Source of the DNA: Leucoraja ocellata
Lineage: Eukaryota
Assembly: GCA_036785375.1 (NCBI GenBank)
Contig: JAWMAR010000023.1
Span: 682,001-746,000 of the forward strand
Length of the DNA stretch: 64,000 bases
Reading direction: 5' to 3'
Under the pieces are notes generated by a model. The model had not been told where the DNA came from and ran no database searches. It saw only the letters and a list, made by a program, of their open reading frames with translations. This document shows positions 49,501-60,075 of the stretch, piece by piece. The first letter of the stretch is position 1; each line of letters opens with the position of its first letter. A program made the position numbers and the translations under genes.

Positions 49501-52500
49501 TTAGTGTGCGGAGATCGCTGGTCGGTGCGGACTTGGTGGGGAAGTTTCCGCGCTGTATCTCTAAACTAAACTAATCTAAACTTCCAGCATCAATGGTTGG
49601 ACCGTGGGTGGAGAATGGTAAGCAGTTTAAGCACAGCCACTGGTGTGGCCATCATGAGGATGGTAGAATTTGTGAAATGCCCAGTCAATTTGTCAAATTA
49701 ATTGTAAAATGCTGAAAAGAAAATCTTTATACAACTGGGTTTATCAACTGTTTTAGGAAGGGACTGCAGGTCCTGGTTTAAGCTGAAGGTAGACACAAAA
49801 CGCTGGGGTAACTCAGCGGGACAGGCAGAAAGGTCTGAAGTAGGGTCTCGACCCGAAACATCATCCATTCCTTCTATCCAGAGATACTGCCTGTCCCGCT
49901 GAGTTACTTCAGCATTTTATGTCTATCTTGGATTTATCAGCTGATTTTTCCACTCACCACCTGAGATGTAATTATATCTATAAATTAGACAATGCAACTA
50001 TTATTTATCCATGAATTGCATGCAGAAAGATGTTGGGCATGTTTAAAATATTTTTGCCCATTTCCTGTTGAAGTCCCATCATTGGGAAATTGGAGTCAGA
50101 TCATCTAGGTGCAGTTCATCCCAGCATTGTCTCCCCGCTGTTATTCTTGTCTGCGATGAGATAATTAATGTGTTTGACACTCACTGTTTTCTTTAAGTGA
50201 GAAAGTGGAGCAAAGGTTCATGAACTGCTCACAGAGGAAGAAAGAGAAATCTACACCACACAGGGAATTGGAAACGATAAACAAGGGAAGAATTATTCTA
50301 AACACTGACCTACTACTAATCTTTCCACCACAGGGAGCTTGGACGACAACTCAACGGCCTCCATGATCACAATGCTCAGCAAGGCTTGTGGCCACTCATG
50401 GCAGGGGCACCATCATTCCACTCCATAATGTCTTTGTAAGGACACCGAGTGCTGTAGCCCACTTTCCCCTCCCCCTTTGTCACCCTGCAACCCTGCCACC
50501 TCTCATGGCTCCTTGTACAACTGCAAAGGAGAGAGGTCTACTTGAGCCACCTCACGTACCAGTGCAGCACATGGGTGACGTGGCAGCTGTAAGCTCAGCA
50601 AGAGGCCGACCACGCCGCACTCTACCGCTTCTAAACGGGAAGGACCCAAGGCGACCATTTCTTAAAGCGAGGATGACCAAACAAAATTTGTTTTGAGTGA
50701 ATCCCAATTTGCCCGTCCAACTACATAGATGAAAGAAAGTTCACAGTTCAATGTTTTTAAGCAGTAACTGGTGAGGGGGTCAGCAGAACTCGCAGAAGAT
50801 GATGAGCCACCTTTGAAAGAGCCACGTGTGGGAACTTGTCCATTTCCAAGAATCCTTCCTCTCCATTCCTGTTTTCCAATTGGCCCTTCAGAATTCGAGC
50901 AGCGGTCACCGTGGGGATACCCATACCTGAAAAGGAACAAAGATGTCACGGCAGTGAAAACATCAGCATTCCTTTCTCTGCATTTTCCCAGATTACCTTC
51001 AGATCTCTAAGTGGTCCTATTGGTCTACCTCTGGTCTCCAATCAGCATAGGATTCATATATTTGGATGTTTGATGTCAGCATAGACTCGGTGAGCCAAGG
51101 CTTCCTCTTTCCACCCTGTACGACTCTATAAAAGAGTCACTATAATTTTTTTCCCAGTATGTAGGTGAGGGGTAGAGTGGGAATAACGGGAGAGTGTGTT
51201 AAGGCGAAATTATCGGAAATAGGATTGTTCTGTAAACTGGCGTTGACTTCATGGGATGAAAAACTTCTGTGTTGTAAGGAAATTTGGAAATGAAATAAAT
51301 CCTGGAACAAAAACCTAACATTGGTACAGAGACAAAAAAGCTACTGGATTGTTAAAAAGCTTCGGAAAAGTCGATCTACCATTCTCAGCAAGGCTGATAA
51401 TACGGTTCACTCTTAATTGCTCTCTGAAATAGCCAACAAAGCCATTAACTTCAAGTGCAATTAGAAAAGACAATTACTGAACTAATAAAGACAAATTGAA
51501 AGTTATTTAGCTACAGATATCCATAAATATGGCGTTGATGAAAATCTCCATACAACTGTGGCGGCACGGTGGTGCAGCGGTAGAGTTGCTGCCTTACCCA
51601 GTTGCACCAGAGACCCGGATTTGGTCCTGACTACGGGTGCTGTCTGTCTGGAGTTTGTACGTTCACCTCATGACCTGCGTGGGTTTTCTCCGGGATCTCC
51701 GCTTTCCTCCCACACTCCAAAGACTTACAGATTTGTAGGCTAATTGGCTTGGTATAATTGTGGATTGTCCCTAGTGTGTGTAGGATAGTGTTAGTGTTCC
51801 CAAAGAAAGAAAATCCTATTCTGTTAAACACACTACTTGGGCACTGCTGGACTAAAGCCCTCAATGTGTAGAGATTTGCCTGCACCCACCAACAAATACA
51901 CACTTTTGAATCACACTGCCCTAAGCCTCCGACATCTCATTGTCAGTCATGGCTGCCAGCAGTGTGCAGATACTAGACCGTCCACCACATACACTATTAA
52001 AGTCAACAGGGATAACTCAACAGAACTCAGTAATCCTCCAATATGCAGTACATAATTCCACAGGAGATCCTTCTTCCATGTGTCTATCAAACTGTGCAAC
52101 ACCCCCCCCCCCCCCCCCCTCCCTTCAGTCATGGGGTGGACTGACCCCTCCCCCCCCTTAAACCCCCTCCCCTCCCCAAATATTTGCCCATCTCCAATCC
52201 TTTCCACTCGTCGCTTTAATTTAATGTATCTTGTGTTTTATGACAGTTGGCAGATCAATTTCCCTCCTGGGATAAATAAAATTCTATCATATCATATCGA
52301 ATCGTATCGTAATATCCGAAACGTACCATCCCCCAGGAAAAGAATAACATTTTTTGCAACGCCAATGTTGAGTTTTTGCAAGTTGAGGGCCTTTTTCAGT
52401 GTATCCTGGGCTTGGTTCCTCCAAAACGTTGGGTTCATTTCATGCACTGCAATGGGCAACATAAGATAATTAGATTGGAAAAACTTGACAGACTTGAGAT

Positions 52501-55500
52501 ATGGTTGATGCATCATTTCCGACACAAACTTTTTCCCACGGAGTATTTAAACTGTTCTATGTGCCCCTAATCGATACTGGTCAAAATAAAGAATGGGTTT
52601 TATCTGATACTGGTAAGTTATGTGCTTTTTCTTGGTAACGTTTGTCTCGGTGGTGTAACAGGGAGTCCATCCATCTCACAGCTCCAGCGACCTGGGTTTG
52701 ATTCTAACCTCCAATGCTGTGTGGAGATTAGATGTTCTCCCTATGACTGTCTGGGTCTCTCTCCCCCCCGGTTCTCTCATTTCGTCTCACATTGAAAGTT
52801 AGATTAATTGACTACTATAGATAGCAGGGCGGCATGGTGGCACAACGGTAGAGTTGCTGCCTTACAAAGCTTGCAGTTCCAGAGACTCGGGTTCGATCCT
52901 GACTACGGGTGCTGTCTGTATAGAGTTTGTATGTTCTCCCCGTGACCTGCGTGGGTTTTCTCCAAGATCCGTTTCCTCCCAAACTCTAAAGATGTACAGG
53001 TTTGTAGGTTAATTGGCTTGGTATACGTGTAAAATTGTCCCTTGTCTGTGTGGGATAGTGTTAATGTCTGGGGATCGGTGCGGGCTGGGTGGGCCGAAGG
53101 GCCTGGTTCCACCCTTTACCCCAAGCATAGGTCAGTGATGGGAGAACCGGGGAATGTTAATGGGCAAGTGTGAGAGAAAGATCACAGGGAAAACATTGCT
53201 CAGTGTGCAGGCATAGAGTCAATGGGCCGAATGGCCTCCTTCTGTGTCGTAAAGAAAAATAACCATAATTATGAAATTGACGTTCTATCTTTATTTCCAA
53301 GAATGAAACTAGGGATACATGGATAGGAAAGGTTTTACATGGGTGAGAAAGATTTTACATGGATAGGAAAGGTTTAGAGGAATATGGATCAAATGTGTGT
53401 AGTTGGGACTAGCGTAAATGGGGATGTTGGCCAGGGTAGTTGGGCTGAAGGGCCTGCTACTGTGCTGCATGATTCTATGACTCTAGTGCAGTACTATATT
53501 CAAGGTAGTCATGAATTTCATTGGCAAATGAGATCAGGTATGGGCCTGAGAAACTTCACAATGAGAGGTCTCTGAGTGCCAACAGCTCAGAACCCCAGCA
53601 TTTGATTCCATGGCAAAATAATGAGATGAAGATCCAAGCCCATGTTGAGGCAACTCCTGGACACACGGGTGCTTAACATGGGGGAATCCCTCTCTCCACA
53701 CCCACAACAAACTTTATACATCCGGGTTTGCAGACCTGATCTTTATGTTAACCATTGGTAGAAGTAATGCGAGCCATATTTACCACTTTATTTCTGTGCA
53801 AAGAAAAGCATAAGCAGGGAGATAAATGCATTAGCAGTAGGGAGAAAGGAACACAGCCGTTTCCATCCAGATTTGTTTACCCAAAGACAGTAAGCCTTTC
53901 AACAGGAAATGAATCAATCATCCTTCATTTAGATCTGGAAATGGATTGTCCATATGCTGTAGGTAAAAATCAAGTCATTCGAGGCATTACAGACGGGAAT
54001 AGACATGCGAGAATCCTTGCTCAGCTGCTGCGATTGCATGTTTCCAAACCACAGTTGACCCCAGGATGAGGTGCTCCCTGCAAGTGGTGCAATTATTACT
54101 GGTGGTAATAATGTGCTGCTGGCGGAGAGAATGGATTTCAGGACAGCGAGAAGCTCGTGCCTATTCTAAGCATAGAAAGCAGTTAATTCTTGCCGAGGGT
54201 TCAAGTCAGAAAAGAAAGTCAGAGAGTCGGAATAATATCCTCCCGGAAGCTGGAAATCCATTGCAGCAGTTGGCGGAGCTCAGCAGCAACGCATCAACCT
54301 GTCTCTGCTAAAGAGAACACATAGACCCACGCCCAACACATTCAGACAAATGAAGCACAAATGGAACATTAAATGAGATATGACAGGCCTCTCAGCTCCG
54401 CCTAACCTGGTGGTGGACGGCGTATCTGATGATAGATTCGTTTTTTCTTGAGTCCGACGGGTATATTGCCTATTGAAGTCGAAGAGAGGGGAATATGAAA
54501 CTTCAATGAAAGGGATCACCTTTCTACAAAAGCAAAAAAACTGCAGTGGTTATTAAAATGCACCCAGGCTTGGAAGTTGCAATGTAGCGAATGGCAAAAA
54601 TGTGGGGGGTCGTGAAAGGAAATGCAGGCCAGAATTAAAAAATATATATATATATATGGGAGAGGCTGGCCGTGCAGGATGTGGAGGAGGGAGGTCTTCT
54701 AATAACCTGTCACACCACAAGAGTTCACAAGGAGATGAGATAATAACAACACCATCTTCCAGGCGATGGACTTGCCATCACTGAATCCGTACAGCTTTCG
54801 CCACTTTTACAGTTCAATGAAATTCAGGGAAGTTCAATGAGGGAGTCTGGTTAAAAATGAAAACATAGAAAATAAACCCCTCTGGTTGCTGTTTCTCTGT
54901 TCCTTTGCTGTCGGATTCAATTCTTTAATCAGGGCCAAACTCCTGAGGAAATCACCCTGTAGTTTGCCAATACATCTTTTATATGTGTAACTGGCAAACT
55001 GAGGGACACCACAGACTGTGTGTGTGCTACATACATGATATCTAGAATTATGTATGGATATACAGTATAATTACGGTTACATGGATGGGACGTTTGGAGA
55101 GATATGGGCCAAATGGGGGCAGGTGAGACTATTGTAGCTGGGACATGTTGGCCGGTGTGGGCATGTTGGGCCTGTTTCCACACTGTATCACTCTATGACT
55201 CTCTGACTATATGTATCACATCATACTTCAGTTTCAATGTTATTAGCCTGATCACTTGACTCCAAATGCAAGATTTAAGAGTCCAAGTCTCAAACTGCCT
55301 GTTGGCCCCATTAGGGGGGCAGTGAAGGCAAGCCAGGGAATTCTTGATGGAGAAAGAGTTCCACAGTAAGGAATTCCTTCTTAATTTACCTGCGGGAAAG
55401 AAGGGGGAAAGAGGAAACGTGGCATCGAGGTTTCCATTTGAATAGTGCCTGCATGTTTGCAAAAAGTGATGACGGGGGAAAGAGGCAGGTTCGGGGAGGG

Positions 55501-56719
55501 TCGTGGGGTCTGGGTGGTGGTGGTGGGCAAACACATCGCAATCACCCTTCAGGCTGGTCTGGGCAATGCCACCTGTCGGGGAGAAGGCCATGAGCTGCAG
55601 TGACAATGATGAACAAGCGAAACAACACAAGACAAATGAAACACGCAAGGTAACAAGATGAATACACACGGAAACAGACGGATGATTAATAGTTACACTG
55701 AACAAACATTATCACATTTCAATTAGATTCAAGGAGGAAGACCTTAGTCTTGCAAGCTCTCTGTGGCAACCTTGCACAAAGTCGCCTCTTCCTGCCAGCA
55801 CCAAGTTCCTCTAACTCCGTTAGAGTGCTCTTCCACTTCCTTCCTTTCACAGTGGCAGCTATTCATTCCCTCGCAACAGCTCCCAGTCAATGTATTGTAA
55901 TGTGGACTGAAGAAGGGTCCAGACACAAAATGTCACTTCTCCCAATTACTCCAGAGATCCTGCCTGACCCGCTAAGTTACTCCAGCATTTTGTGTCTATC
56001 TTTGGTATAAACCGGCATCTGCAGTTCCATTTCATTACTGACGTGTGGTATATCTCTTTCACAAGCGGCTGCAAGGATTGCATCTGCTGGGCTACATGTT
56101 GAGAGCTGCGAGAATTTGCAGTACTTCAACAAGTCCAATGAGGCCGAAGATGCCACCTTCAGCACTGTGTTACAGAGGGGAACCCAAACATTTTTGTTTT
56201 GTGTTCGTGAGATGGAAAGCGGCAAGTCAAATCGTAGATGCCAATTTTATTTCAAAGTCAAACGGTTGAATTATTAAGTGACGCCATTCGAGAGATAAGA
56301 ACCACTACTCCCCGACCATAATTACTGAACGTTTCTTCTTTGTTTTGTTCCTGTTGCTAAAAACAAATCTGGCAATTGAACGCTGTGAGCCAACCATTAT
56401 TTGGCATTGCACTGGGATTATTCTCCAGGAACGAGACCAGTCGTGGTGAAATGGAAGAGCTGGTGAGAGCAGCACCGAGACGGAGGGCTGAGGAAGGATT
56501 AGATCCTCACGTGCTTCGTTCTGGACGAGGCAGAACCAACAGAGCATACTTCATTAGCTGACAATTTAAAACATGTTAACTTACAACACATCCAGGAAAT
56601 TAGAGGCGATTGCCTGGAGAGTAAACATTTTATAAAACTAATTTTGATGAGATGTTTATACCTGGGATGAATGCGCAGATGAGATTCAGATTGGCAAGCA
56701 GTAGCAATTGAACCTTCAT
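28306..56719 (-). CDS. ALPL: Alkaline phosphatase, tissue-nonspecific type (GPI-anchored), 11 coding exons, 527 aa
   Basis: Spliced by hand: 56719-56662, 52446-52327, 50926-50811, 48714-48540, 46147-45972, 42958-42818, 39245-39176, 38064-37930, 35858-35667, 31020-30901, 28586-28306, totalling 1584 nt. The frame is open and all introns are GT-AG. Motifs present: FLGDG, active-site [49 protein letters not shown] and RHETH resemble TNAP rather than intestinal AP. Orthology versus a paralog is not proven without phylogeny. Confidence 0.93.
28602..28985. repeat. (GGGA)n tetranucleotide repeat and polypurine tract at the last ALPL acceptor
   Basis: About 19 GGGA-type units at 28602-28678, followed by an A/G-rich low-complexity tract. 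Confidence 0.95.
30476..30787 (-). mobile_element. V-SINE (HE1-like)
   Basis: Full-length reverse copy. Confidence 0.88.
30901..31020 (-). CDS. ALPL: ALPL coding exon 10 ([24 protein letters not shown]...), 120 nt
   Basis: Crown-domain motif YGNGPGY; A|GTAAGT donor. Confidence 0.96.
31090..31285. mobile_element. Truncated Harbinger MITE (right TIR only), CpG-rich
   Basis: Ends AAGTGGGACAGGCCCT plus TTA, then the remainder of a V-SINE (31289-31563); left TIR absent. Confidence 0.7.
31795..32382 (+). mobile_element. Penelope-like element 3' fragment (GIY-YIG endonuclease plus pLTR)
   Basis: Encodes [16 protein letters not shown]...HFN...EEQHLIF; followed by the hammerhead-bearing terminal repeat. 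Confidence 0.9.
32245..32285 (+). ncRNA. Minimal hammerhead ribozyme motif (Penelope-associated)
   Basis: CUGAAGA core, extra A, stem II GGGU-CUCG-ACCC, GAAAC, then a palindromic ACGU stem III and a GUC cleavage triplet. Confidence 0.7.
33230..33362 (+). mobile_element. Penelope pLTR-derived short element, subfamily B, with intact hammerhead motif
   Basis: CTGAAGA-A-GGGT-TTCG-GCCC-GAAACGTT at 33234-33261. Confidence 0.75.
35667..35858 (-). CDS. ALPL: ALPL coding exon 9 (GRIDHGHH...TADHSH...NNIFG), 192 nt
   Basis: Zn-ligand motifs IDHGHH and ADHSH; G|GTGAGT donor. Confidence 0.97.
37930..38064 (-). CDS. ALPL: ALPL coding exon 8 ([10 protein letters not shown]...KGFFLLVEG), 135 nt
   Basis: DPSLxEM and [11 protein letters not shown] motifs; AG/GT flanks. 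Confidence 0.96.
38296..38548. mobile_element. hAT-type MITE
   Basis: TIR CAAGGGTTCCCAACCT / AGGTTGGGAACTCCTG, subterminal GGGGTAAA repeats and a degenerate 8-bp TSD GGATAGGG/GGATGGAG. Confidence 0.75.
39176..39245 (-). CDS. ALPL: ALPL coding exon 7 ([24 protein letters not shown]), 70 nt
   Basis: TTTCTTTAG acceptor and G|GTAAGT donor; matches the 70-nt ALPL exon. Too short to appear in the ORF track. Confidence 0.93.
39970..41060 (+). mobile_element. 5'-truncated L2-clade LINE with uninterrupted RT C-terminal ORF
   Basis: [44 protein letters not shown] and [11 protein letters not shown] motifs; AATAAA and (ATT)n tail. Confidence 0.92.
41061..41680 (+). mobile_element. Old Penelope-like RT/linker fragment
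   Basis: Decayed PTDxHxYxxYTSSH...IPYSQ-like frame leading into a YIG remnant. Confidence 0.65.
42818..42958 (-). CDS. ALPL: ALPL coding exon 6 ([12 protein letters not shown]...KKDK), 141 nt
   Basis: [10 protein letters not shown] and RLDG motifs; AG/GT flanks, phase 0-0. Confidence 0.95.
43497..43760. repeat. 36-bp minisatellite, about 7 copies
   Basis: Unit GGGGTGAACAATACAGAGGCAGGGGTACGTGGTGCA with variants. Confidence 0.92.
44566..45165 (-). mobile_element. Penelope-like element 3' fragment (GIY-YIG plus pLTR)
   Basis: Encodes [17 protein letters not shown]...[19 protein letters not shown]. Confidence 0.9.
45972..46147 (-). CDS. ALPL: ALPL coding exon 5 ([17 protein letters not shown]...NIPGIE), 176 nt
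   Basis: HATPS and NRDWY motifs; GAG|GTAAGT donor. Confidence 0.97.
48540..48714 (-). CDS. ALPL: ALPL coding exon 4 ([23 protein letters not shown]...WAEDAG), 175 nt, catalytic Ser
   Basis: AP active-site signature VPDSAGTA; AG/GT flanks. Confidence 0.97.
49265..49582 (+). mobile_element. V-SINE (HE1-like)
   Basis: Head, V-domain and CTAAA tail. Confidence 0.85.
50811..50926 (-). CDS. ALPL: ALPL coding exon 3 ([15 protein letters not shown]...HVALSK), 116 nt
   Basis: TTTTCAG acceptor and AAG|GTGGCT donor; conserved AP sequence. Confidence 0.95.
52058..52313 (+). mobile_element. Rex1/Babar-like LINE 3' end with poly-C run
   Basis: Same 3' sequence as 10866-11150 (CAGATCAATTTCCCTCCT.GGATAAATAAA and an ATCGT tail). 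Confidence 0.7.
52327..52446 (-). CDS. ALPL: ALPL coding exon 2 (VHEMNPTFW...VILFLGDG), 120 nt
   Basis: AG/GT flanks; contains the GDG metal-ligand motif; size matches the vertebrate ALPL exon. Confidence 0.95.
56662..56719 (-). CDS. ALPL: ALPL first coding exon (signal peptide [19 protein letters not shown])
   Basis: ATG followed by a hydrophobic 19 aa ending FIP. The phase-1 donor CAG|GTATAA joins the next exon in frame. The likely acceptor TTTATTATTTAG| makes the exon start at 56797. Confidence 0.85.
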
Positions 56720-58417
56720 ATTGTATTCTCTTAAAATTAAATCTGTTTCCAATGATCCAACTCGCAGGGAGCTTTGCACCAAAGCTTCAGGTGTTCCCTA
56801 AATAATAAAAAAACAACAATATTTATTGATTTTTATGTCATTCAAGAGAAGCCAAGAGTCGAGAGTGTGTAATTGTCATTTGTTTCGACAACAGAACAAT
56901 AAAATTATTTAGTTTAAGAAACATTTAGACAGGTACATGGATAGGACAGGTTTAGAGGGATGGGGCCACATGAGGGCAGGTGGGACTAGTGTAGATGGGG
57001 CATGTTGGCCGGTGTGGCCAATTGGGCCAAACAGCCGGTTTCCACGCTGTGAGACTATGACTCGATGACTTTACAGGCCCATAGACACAATACACACAGG
57101 TAACATGTAGTCATTTTTCTTCAAATTATTTACATTTCTATAAATTAATAACTGCAATACTTGTCCAAAACCTGAAGTCATTAGTGCAAATTCAGACCAT
57201 AGAAGTTCATAGTTGTGAAGTAGTGTTCAAGGTTCAAGATTCAAGAGAGTTTATTGTCATGTGTCCCAGATAGGACAATGAAATTCTTGCACAACAGAAA
57301 AAAAAAAGTAGGCATAAATAAATACAGAACAGAACTGATCAGTGTGACCATATACCAATGAATACCCTGGTGTTCAAGACCCTGGTGGTTGTTGGGAAGA
57401 ACCAGCAACTTTTACTCTGGGTAAAAGATTCTGTGCTTTCACCCTTCACAAACTTAATATTAGGAGAGAAGGCCGTAAAAGAGGTAGGGGTGCGACAAAG
57501 GCTGTGAAAGGTGACACAAGTGATGGGTGAATACTGGTGAAGGAGGGTTTAATGGGTGGAGTAAAAGGGTGTCAGTTAAGGAGAGAAGAGGACGTCAGAT
57601 GAACATTTAAAATGAAATATTTAATCCATTTCTCTGCCCACAATGATCTGCTCAGCTATTTTCTCGCTTTTAGTTCAGACAACTGCTGACGGACTCTGCT
57701 GATAGCTGATAGCCGACACCCTGTACGTTCAGTCCCACTGTAGCGCTGAACCATATTATCATCCTAGGTTGTCCTCAGGCTGTTGGAGCGCACCTGACAT
57801 CAGCGATCTGCCTACTCACAGAGTTTTAACCATTATATTAATTCTCACAGGACCCAATCCTTATGAAATAAATAATCGATCTAGTAAGATAATGCACAAT
57901 CGCCTAAATCGACATATAACAATTACCTTAACCTTGACAACGAAGGCAGCCATTTTGCAGCATGTGAATAGATAGTTATGCAGTGTTTGATTTTGCGGGA
58001 TTTACACCATTCTGGACATGCCAGCAGGCCAAAGTGTAAAGACAACATTATCCCCTTATCATGTATCCATACACTGCAAATGGATCAATTGTAATCATGT
58101 ATTGTCTTTCTGCTGACTGGTCAACTTGCAACAAAAGCTTTTATAAAGGGATTCATTGTACCTCGGTACACCTGACATTAAACTAAACTAAACTAAACTA
58201 AACTGTCCCTTAGTAAAAAAGAGCTCAGTATGTTCCACTTCATCCAAACCCCAGCTTCATGCAGGAAAATAATTATCCAAACTCTCATTCTTTTTCAATA
58301 AACTGAAGAAAATAACATTGAAGGCCACTTGATATTCCTCAAACTGGATTACACACTGGAATCAAATTAATATCTCCCATGCATCCAAGTAGTTGCTGAT
58401 TGATAATCCAACTCTAA

Positions 58418-59873
58418 TGGGGCTTTCTCATGGGGCGACTTGACGCAAGAGGTAACCAGAGTTGAACATCGTGGGAACCTCGTACGATAACCGTACGGCA
58501 TTCGTGGACCACCGTGGCGCTAACGGCAGGTACTCGTGTAACTTGTTGACTCGGGAGAAAATTCAAGCAAGCTTGAATTTCTCCAAGAGTGACTTGTACA
58601 CTTGTGGTTGAACATTGAAACATTATATGGACGTAGTGGCCAGTGCGATATCCGTAATAACTTTTGCGTTTACCGTGGGAACTCCTGCGAATGGTGAACC
58701 CGGAAGCTGGACAGAGGGGACAGAAGGTGAGCGGTGAGCGCTTTAATCTGTGTTCTCACAAACTTAATTCATAATCTGTCTTTTTTTAATGCATTGACTA
58801 ATACATCACTCTGTGATTCGAAAGTATACAGATAGGACATATGGAGTGGCGCGTGCAATGGGAGCACAGCCACAATTCCGTGCTGAACAGGTAAACAATT
58901 GTCTTCTGTGGGATTGAATTTAAAAAATAAAGATTTGCATCCGCATATGGAAATCAACTTATTCATGAGTTATGTTGATGAGATTCAAGAAAATAACTAT
59001 AATCTTTAAAAGGGACTTTACTGAAAGGTCTCGCATTTTTATAGTCCGTGAGAAATTTTTCACATGTACTTCTTAATTTCCATCTAGAGACACTCACCAT
59101 CACCACTGATGTTTACAAAGCAGCAGCCTGCTAGAATTCCATCATTGCCTTTTGTTTACAGAGAGGGCAGTGCACAAACACCATTTCAAGAAGGGGCAGA
59201 TGGTTTCGCTGACGTCAATTAGTCCAGTTATCCCTCGGACGTTGAGAATTATTTATGTAGTCTTTAACCGTTTGAGTTTTAGTTTATTTTAGATGTTGGC
59301 CACTCACCATTTTGTGTGACATCTAGAGTCCTTTATAAATGTCTGTATGTTAATGTGTGTTTTTTCCTCTTGGGCATTACTTTGTTTCTGTTGGAGGCTC
59401 CACATTTTATTATAGCCTGAAGTGTGATAAAGCTTTTAACTCAGCAGTTTGATTGTCACTGCTTGTTTACCTCATTGTTAAATAAATATATTTGTTACTA
59501 TCAGATTGATGTCTGCAATTCTTCATTAACACATCACTACAAGATGAATGTCTCTAATGTTATAATCCCTCTCATGCTGAAACACAAAATAGTTGAAGGG
59601 AGGTGATATAATCCAATTTTCATTCTTTTTCATTTTTGAGTGTTCATTTGTGCCACGTGATGATTTAACAACACTTCACAGTTCACAATGTTCATTCAAG
59701 ATTTAACGGGAAAGCTCGGGAGACGGACAAGTCACTCGCACAAATAACAGAAATGCCGAGTACCCGTGGGAACTCTTTATCTACCCCCTGTTATATCGTG
59801 TGATATCGTGCTAGACCACGACCACTTCACTGAGGTTACATCTTGCGTCAAGTCGCCCCGTGAAAAAGCCCCA
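58418..59873. mobile_element. Non-autonomous PIF/Harbinger DNA transposon, about 1.46 kb
   Basis: About 40-bp TIRs TGGGGCTTT(C/T)TCA(T/C)GGGGCGACTTGACGCAAGA(G/T)GTAACC; TAA duplication at 58415-58417 and 59874-59876; no transposase ORF. Confidence 0.88.
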
Positions 59874-60075
59874 TAAGCAGGTAGTCTGGGCTGGTACCAA
59901 TGTTATTTTATTAGGTTATTGTTTTGAACACATGCTGGACAAAAACCATGCAGAACAGTCCCAGCAATTAACAGATTTACACAATGACTCAAAAAACATT
60001 GCAGAGGGCATCATCTCAGCTGAATTGAATTATGCCCTGTATACAAACAGGGCCTATTGGATTATGGTGCTGTAC

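Noticed and set aside
55390-55591. Alternative ALPL N-terminal exon (MAFSPTGG...PFFPA, phase-1 CAG|GTAAAT donor)
   Set aside because: Phase-compatible but lacks a signal peptide; 56662-56719 fits the ALPL pattern much better. Not excluded as a minor isoform.
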